From NCBI GenBank assembly GCA_025594325.1, contig JANHCV010000004.1, positions 2,294,001-2,358,000 on the forward strand: a stretch of 64,000 nucleotides of DNA. Reading direction: 5' to 3'. Every line of letters begins with the position of its first letter. Position 1 is the stretch's first letter. The position numbers and the translations under genes are program-made. Below the pieces are notes generated by a model, which saw only the letters and a list, made by a program, of their open reading frames with translations, searched no databases and was not told where the DNA came from. This document shows, one piece after another, positions 57,102-64,000 of this stretch. Source of the DNA: Blastocladiella emersonii ATCC 22665 (lineage: Eukaryota; Fungi; Blastocladiomycota).

Positions 57102-58536
57102 ATGTCGCCCAACCTCCCCGGCATGTTCAGCGCGAACCGGCTCAAGGTGCAGCTGCGGCTGGCCGTCAACCGGCTCAAGCTGCTGCAGCAGAAGAAGGCA
57201 TCGCTCAACGCGTCGCAGCGCAAGGAGCTGTCCCTCCTCCTCGACGCGGGCAAGGTCGACAGCGCGCGCGTGCGCGTCGAGCACGTCATCCGCGAGGACC
57301 TGACCATGGAGGCCCTCGAGGTCCTCGAGCTGTACTGCGAGCTGCTCCTCGCCCGCTTCGGACTCATCGAGGGCATGGCCGCGTGCGACGCGGGGATCCA
57401 GGAGGCCGTCCACACCCTCATCTACGCCGCGCCCCGCGTCGACGTCAAGGAGCTCCACGTCGTCCGCGACCTGCTCGCCGCAAAGTACGGCAAGGACTTT
57501 GCCCAGTCGGCGCTCGAGAACCGCGCCGACGTCGTCAACCGCCGCGTCATCCAGAAGCTCAAGGTCCAGACCCCGGACCGCGCCCTCGTCAACCTCTACC
57601 TCGTCGAGATCGCCAAGGCCTACAAGGTCAAGTGGGAGCCCGAGCCCGAACCTGACGACGCGGCCGCCGCGTACGGCGCTGGCGCCGCGGACGTGCGCAC
57701 CGACTCGACGGGCTCGTACCCGATCTACGACGCCAGCGACGTCGGGTTCACCCCGTCCCGCGACTACCCCGTCAACCCGAACGTGCGCATTCCCGCTGGG
57801 TCGGCGCCCGCGGGCCCGCCGGGTACCGTCCACCCGCCCCACTACATCATGGGCCCCGCTGCCTCACCGCCCCCGCAGCAGCAGCAGCAGCAGCAGCAGC
57901 AGGTCATTGTCCCGACCCACTACATGGACGGCACCCCGATCCCCGCCAACCACGCCGTCCAGTACGTCTCGCACCCGCACCACCCGCACCAGTACTACCA
58001 GCCGCCGCCGGTTCAGCAGCAGCAGCAGTTTGTCCCGATGCCGATGCCCATGCCGCCGCCTCAGCCGATGGGCGCGCCGCCCGGGTACCTGGCCGACGGC
58101 GCCGCGAGTCTCGGTGTCCCGCAACCCCGCGGCGGCGGCGGGCCCGTCAACCCGGCCGCGCTCCCGCTCCCGCCGTCGCCCGCTATGAGCATCCTCCCCG
58201 GCGGCAGCGGTGCGCCCGACATGCCGTCGGCGCCCAGCGCGAGCGCGACGTTGCAGGGCGGCACGCTCACGTCCGACGCTCTGGTACACCTTTTCCCGCT
58301 CAGTTCTCGTCCCGCAGTACGCTCACTCACGCGTCCGACTGTAGGCTGCCGCCAAGGGCGACGAGCCGAGCCTCGACTTCCCGAGCATCCCGACGGGTTC
58401 TCCGTCCAAGGGCAAGAAGGCCGCCGATGCCGACTCGCCCGACGCCGCGGGCGTCGGCGGCATGACCAGCGGCGACGGCGTGCCCGATTTCGACGAGCTC
58501 GCGCGCCGGTTCGAGGCGCTCAAGCGGAGAAAGTGA
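57102..58536 (+). CDS. IST1: ESCRT-III-associated protein Ist1 (2 exons)
   Basis: RLKVQLRLAVNRLKLLQQKK, ARVRVEHVIRED, LELYCELLLARFGL. The C-terminal MIM1 motif PDFDELARRFEALKRRK is reached after an intron near 58285. Confidence 0.95.
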
Positions 58537-58724
58537 GCTGACACTGGATGATTCTGTGCCTGTTAATTGATCGCTATGCACTCGCAACCTTGGCCGCGAC
58601 AGGTTGAGCACGGAGAAGCGAGCGAGCGGGACGGGGTGGCGCGACGCGTCCCGGTTCCCACCACACGCGCGACTCGAGCCCGCCGGCCTTCCTCGCTCCC
58701 TCACCACCGCCACCGATCCCTGCC

Positions 58725-60107
58725 ATGAAACCACTCGCAGTCACGAAACTCGAAGTCCCCGGGTCCGACCCGGATGGCCACGTCTCGCCGCGCACCGGCG
58801 CCTCCGCCACGCCGCTCCCCGACGGCCGCGTCTTCGTGTTTGGCGGCGCGAGTCCCGAGGAGGGGCTCGCGAACGCCGTGTTTGAGCTCCGCATCGGTAG
58901 GAACATCTCGCGCGCGTGAGAAGACGCAACGTACGCTGATATTCCGGTGAGAGTAGACGGGGCATCGAGCACGGCCAAGTGGAAGTCCCTCGACCCGCTC
59001 AACTCCGCGCCCCCGCCGCCGCCGCGGTACGACCACGCTGCGGTCTTGGTCCATGCGCCCGAGGCGACGGATACGACGGGCGCGCTCGTGCACCAGGACA
59101 GCGCGGTGGGAGACTCGAGCGAGGGCGGGCTCGACCAGGGCCCGTGGTACGCGCGCCCGACCCTCGTCGTCGTCGGCGGCGCCGGGCCCGACGGCAAGTG
59201 TCTCAATGACGTGTGGTCCTACGATATCGGTACGCTCAGCTTTCGCACTCTCGTGGACTTGTGCTGAATGATATTTGGCGGATAGATCGGCACCAGTGGA
59301 CGCCGCGCGCGACCAAGGGCACCCCGCCGTCCCCACGGAACACCCGCGGCGCCGCGGTGCTGCACCCGCGCGACCCGCTCACTCTGATCATGTGGGCCGG
59401 CGGCGCGGACGGCGCGAGCGCGGTCAAGGACGCGGGCGTGTACTCGCTCAACCTGCGTACGTCGGGCGCGTCTGTTTCTCAACATGTTTCTAACCCGTGT
59501 TCGTGTGCAGGCACCATGGAGTGGACTCGCCGCGAGTGCGAGAACGGACCGGCGCCGCGGCTCGGGCACACCATGGCGGCTGTGGCCGACCAGGAGGTCC
59601 TGGTGCTCGGCGGGATCGACGGCGACCAGTTGTTTGCTGACGCGTGGATCCTCGACATTGGTACTGTCTCTCACTCGGTATCGAGACTACGTGGACTGAC
59701 TCTGACGACGGCGACGAACAGACGCGTGGTCCTGGCGCAAGGTCGGCGACGGCCCCGCTTTCGCCGTGACGGGCCACTGCGCGATCGCGCTCCCGCGTGC
59801 CCCGCGGTCCACCTCAATCGCGCCCGCTTCCTCAGGCGACGACAACCATCACGCGGCCACCGAGACCGCCGTCGTGTGGAACGGCGGGCTGTCGCAGTCC
59901 CTGGAAACGTCGCGCGAGTGGTGGTGGGCGTCGGCCGCGACCGGGTGGGAGCCCGCGCCGCTCGGCGAGGGCGTCGAGCGGCTCGATCATTGCACGTTCC
60001 AGGTCTCAGCGGGACACGGGGAGGAGGAGGGCGCGATCAAGGTCGCTGTGTTCGGCGGGATGACGCACGAGGGCATCTTCAACGACGTGCATCTCGTTGA
60101 GCTGTGA
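58725..60107 (+). CDS. Kelch-repeat beta-propeller protein, Rab9 effector p40 (RABEPK)-like, multi-exon
   Basis: Repeated PR-x-x-H...GG...ND kelch motifs: PRTGASA...VFVFGGA, PPRYDHAA, PRLGHTM...VLGG, VFGGMTHEGIFND. Confidence 0.82.
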
Positions 60108-60208
60108 TCGATCGAATGCAGACTTCTTTTACAGTCCGGCCTTTCATGAGCACGGTGGCGAGGATCGAGCCAGGACCCGAGGAGCGAAAGGCCGAAGCTC
60201 GGACGAGC

Positions 60209-60326
60209 GGCTCTCGCAGTCCCTCGAGACGTCGCGCGAGTGGTGGTGGGCGTCGGCCGCGACCGTCCGGGAGCCCGATCAAACGAATGCAGAGACTTTG
60301 TTCGCAGACTGGCCTTCCATGAGTCC
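60209..60326 (+). repeat. Internally deleted duplicate of the kelch gene 3' end
   Basis: 60209-60277 matches 59887-59955 (coding LSQSLETSREWWWASAAT). It is fused directly to 60277-60326, which resembles the stop/3' UTR sequence 60105-60150. Confidence 0.8.
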
Positions 60327-60642
60327 AAACGCGGCGACCAGAGGAGACCATGGGCGCGAAAGAGAGAGAAACGCAGCACCAACTAACTCAGCTGGAAGGA
60401 CGAGCGAAAGCCACAGATACGCCACCCATGTGACCGCGAAAAACGCCACCGCGCCACACGCTCGCCGCCCGGCTCGTCGAGGCGCCGGGGGGACTTGGTG
60501 TGAGATTCTCCCCCTGCAGCCTGTGTCCCAATCGGTTGGGTGCGTTAGTGCCGTCGCCACGCACGCGCACTACGACGACGCACACCGCCCCGGGCCCACC
60601 GCACACAAACCATGTATCTCGCAGCGCACACGATGAATCTAT

Positions 60643-60880
60643 GCACCAACGCCGCCGCCGTGATGCCGCCACGCCACGCCGCCGCTACGCCGTCCGAGCG
60701 GGGTGGTCACGCCCGGCCATCCACCGCCTCCCCGCACGCGCCACGCCGTTTCGCCCGCCTACTCGCGCCCTCGACCTCGCAAAGGGCACCATGCATCAAC
60801 ACCCCCGAAATTCTGCGCGGCGGTGGAACGGTTGTCACGGCGGACGGCTGATCTCGTCTTCGCGGCGGCGGCGTTGGTGC
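60643..60880. repeat. 18-bp perfect inverted repeat upstream of RPL9
   Basis: GCACCAACGCCGCCGCCG (60643-60660) and CGGCGGCGGCGTTGGTGC (60863-60880). Confidence 0.7.
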
Positions 60881-61048
60881 TTTGACGCTACGCGGCATGC
60901 CGAATCGCTGCGCTGCGGATTTTTGGTCCCGTGTGTGCCCGGGGGAGCTGCTGCTGCCGCCGTCGTGCCGTGCTCGTTTTCCGCCGGAACACCGTCCCTA
61001 ACCTCTGCTCCTCCCCCGGCGGTCCTGCAGACTGGTAACCTCGAAAAA

Positions 61049-61866
61049 ATGAAGGACATTCTCAAGTCGCACGACGTCACCATCCCCGAGGGCGGTTCGT
61101 GTCTTCTCGCCATTTTTCTGCGTGTGCGGTGCTCGTCCGAGGGGTGTCCGCCGAAACTGCGCTGTTTTCTCGGCCCAGCGAAGCGCTGCTCCGTGATTTT
61201 CGCTGCGCCAGCCGATTTCGCGGAGTAGGGCCGATCTGCGTTGAATTTGACTGTGGCGCAGTCGGCACCTTCACGACGAGCTCGCACGCACCCCCGAACG
61301 TCCCAGAGCAGCCCATCTGACCCGAAACCTCGCGCACCCCGCTAGTGACCGTCTCCTTCAAGTCCCGCGACGTCACCGTCAACGGTCCCCGCGGCACCCT
61401 CAAGAAGTCGTTCAAGCACGTCGACTGCGAGATTGTCCGCGTGTCCAAGACCAAGATCCGCGTCCAGGTGTACCACGGCTCGCGCAAGCACGTCGCGTGC
61501 ATCCGCACCGTCGCCTCGCACATCCAGAACATGATCAAGGGTGTCACCAAGGGTTTCCTGTACAAGCTCCGCCTCGTCTACGCCCATTTCCCCATCAACA
61601 CCAACGTGACCGATGGCGGCAAGGTGATCGAGATCCGCAACTTCCTCGGCGAGAAGGTTGTCCGCCGCGTCCCCATGCGCGCCGACACCGTCATCTCGGC
61701 GTCCAAGGACCAGAAGGACGAGCTCATTGTCCAGGGCAACGACATCGAGGCTGTCTCCCAGTCGGCCGCCGACATCCAGCAGTCGGTCCTCGTCAAGAAC
61801 AAGGATATCCGTAAGTTCCTCGACGGTATCTACGTCTCCGAGAAGTCCACCGTCGAGCTCGAGTAA
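61049..61866 (+). CDS. RPL9: 60S ribosomal protein L9 (uL6), 2 coding exons
   Basis: [15 protein letters not shown]|[23 protein letters not shown]...[12 protein letters not shown]...IRNFLGEK...[15 protein letters not shown]; intron 61095-61345. Confidence 0.98.
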
Positions 61867-62121
61867 GGTCGCTCTGGGTACCCTCTCCCACTGTGCTCCC
61901 CCTAACTCGTGTGCGACCTCGTCCCTGTTCGCGCACTTGATCCTCGGACATGTGCGGGCAGCGAATACAAAGTTTGACCCGATTGATGAACCCGTTTATC
62001 CCACTTGACTGCTGCGAGTCTTCTACCTTGAGCGTGTGTCGCTGAGCGCCAGTGATCGACTAAGCGTCTTCGTGATGCAGCCGTTCGTCGTCGACCATCG
62101 TGTCTGCGAGTTTGAAGGTCA

Positions 62122-62835
62122 CGAACCGGTTCTTGTGCCTGGGTTCGACGCGGGGGCAAGCTTAACAGAATGGCAGTAGGCTCGCGTCCGTGGCCATGGT
62201 CATGGTCATGGTCGCAGCTGGCCATGAACAACGCAGTCTCGCTCCCACCTCGCATCCTCAACAGACGCAACTGCGCTCCGTCCCGCTCTCAAACTGGACG
62301 TTGTACACTACTACAGCTGATGAGGACCATGCGATGCCTGATCCCGTTAAGTGGCGACAATATTCGTCAGCACTCGCTGGTCGCGACTCTTCCGGTCGTG
62401 GTCGACATGCGCAGTCCCGAGTTGATTAGCGCGAACCGGTTCTTGTGCCACAGTTCGACGCGGCGGCAAGCTGAGGAAAGGCAGGCTACGGTGGTCGAGG
62501 GACCCTGGTCCGCGACCAAGATCGCTGCTGGCCACGGCCATGAACAGCGCGCTCTTCGCCCAACTCGCGCCCTTGACACCTGCCCTTCCTTCCACTCAAA
62601 AGAAGCATGCGCTCACTGCTCTGATCTCAAACTGGACGGTGCACGTTAAAGCTCAAGAGGACCGTGCGATGGCGGTCAAGGGACTCGATATCCGTGGCCA
62701 TGGTCGCCGCCGTGGCCACGAGCAGCGCGTTGACGCTCTCGACTCGCGTCGTCCGGGACAACTCTTCCACTGAGCGAACGAGGCGGTCACCGTTGTCGTG
62801 ATCAACTGGACCGTTCACGTCACAGCTTTTCAAGC
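62122..62835. repeat. Degenerate tandem repeat (two units of ~310-340 bp plus a partial third)
   Basis: CGAACCGGTTCTTGTGCC at 62122 and 62432. CTCAAACTGGACG at 62288 and 62626, with a variant at 62802. TCCGTGGCCATGGTC at 62187 and 62691. Confidence 0.8.
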
Positions 62836-64000
62836 CCATGAGCTTCCCTGATATCTTGAGCGCAGTTGTCGCGGGTGCTCACTAGTCGCGTTGAACGCAC
62901 CACCGTGCGGGCGGTCTCCATCCTTTTCTGTTCAGGTTTGCACTTCAGCTCGAGAGTACAGAAACGCGTGCTTGAGCACGAGACTGTGCGCTGGACGCCC
63001 GGTGGAAATGCTGGGACGCGAGGATTCGCACGACTGCTGACCATCCGTCGTTGAAGGCCAAGTCGCGATCATGACCTGTCGCGTCTAGTTGAAGGTGCTT
63101 CATGTCGTCCCACGCCTCGTTTTCCCTCGACAAGCGCTAAGCACACAAGCACGTCACGAAACGCGTCGGGGCGGCGAGATCAGGCGTTCGATCACCTCAC
63201 ACTCGATGTGCTTGGCGATGGTCAGATGCGGTCAGCGCAGCGCACTCAACCGCCCCGCCCACTGCGAACCTCGCAAGTTTCTGAACCACTAAATGACTGC
63301 TTGTCGTGTCGTAAGCAGCGCGTTCACGCTCCCAACTTATGTCCTCAAGGACTAGCCTTGCACTAGCGACGGGAACCGTGATGCTCGTCAGTCGCGGCAA
63401 GCCATCCGAGATGCGTGTGATCTTCCCACTTCTTGGGCCATAATACAGTGTAGCGAGAGCGTGCAGGGCTGCGTGTCTAAGTGTGAGACTGTGTTCTGGT
63501 CGCCCGGATGTAACCATGGAACTTGAGGACTCAAAGGACCGGTGGATCTCTGTACAGGTGAACGAAGCCACGACCCTCACCTGTCGCGGAGCACTGACGA
63601 CGCGTCATGCCGCATCGTGCGTCGGATCCCCTCGAAGAGCATGCCCTCCACGCGAACAACGTCAGGAAACGCGCCGGGGTTGCGAGATCACACGTCCGAT
63701 TACGTCACGCGCGACACGACGCGTTTGACCATGGTCGGACGCGCTCTGCACGGTGCACTTGGTCGCCCCGCTCACCGCAGACATGCTCGGCCTCCGCTGA
63801 CTTCTTCCTGAGCGGATCAAGCCGGCCGGCGACGCGCTCGCAACCCGCCGCCACAATGTTCTTGCGCTTGAACGCACGAGCTCGCCCTTCCGCGCCGACG
63901 TCGCGGCGGCCATCCCATTCTTCGTCGCGAGGGGAGCGAGCACCCTTCCTCCCCTGCCCTTCGCGCGCGGGACGGGTCCTCTGCAGCCCTAGCGCTCGGC

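Noticed and set aside
54707-60107. F-box, RING, IST1 and kelch genes as a functional ubiquitin/endosome cluster
   Set aside because: These are common gene classes in mixed orientations; adjacency alone is not evidence of a system.
61095-61345. snoRNA hosted in the relatively long RPL9 intron
   Set aside because: No canonical C box; the CTGA near the 3' end is the CTGAC branch point.

Overview
Gene-dense, GC-rich eukaryotic DNA with short GT-AG introns (mostly about 60-170 nt; donors GTACG/GTGCG/GTATG, CTRAC branch sites). The gene set (velvet factor, Trk K+ transporter, OPT, Sok1/Tcp11, DnaJ-X, Pam16, Ist1, Rpl9) indicates a fungus. GC content, intron style and a B12-pathway gene suggest an early-diverging lineage, but that is inference. 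About 25 protein genes can be modelled by eye. Three things stand out. (1) An intron-containing cobalamin synthase gene (cobS, 18981-20299) sits among fungal housekeeping genes, pointing to cobamide remodelling or salvage. (2) An apparently identical 7.7-kb inverted duplication (1130-8810 / 32838-40518; x maps to 41648-x) carries an OPT, a multi-TM lipase and half of a 7TM gene, and brackets a 24-kb core. Its right copy ends, via microhomology, inside the last intron of an older diverged OPT paralog. (3) Three orphan 7TM receptor-like genes share a mini first exon and intron positions. No rRNA, tRNA, CRISPR or transposase/recombinase gene was recognisable. Exon boundaries were worked out by hand, and no database searches or alignments were run.
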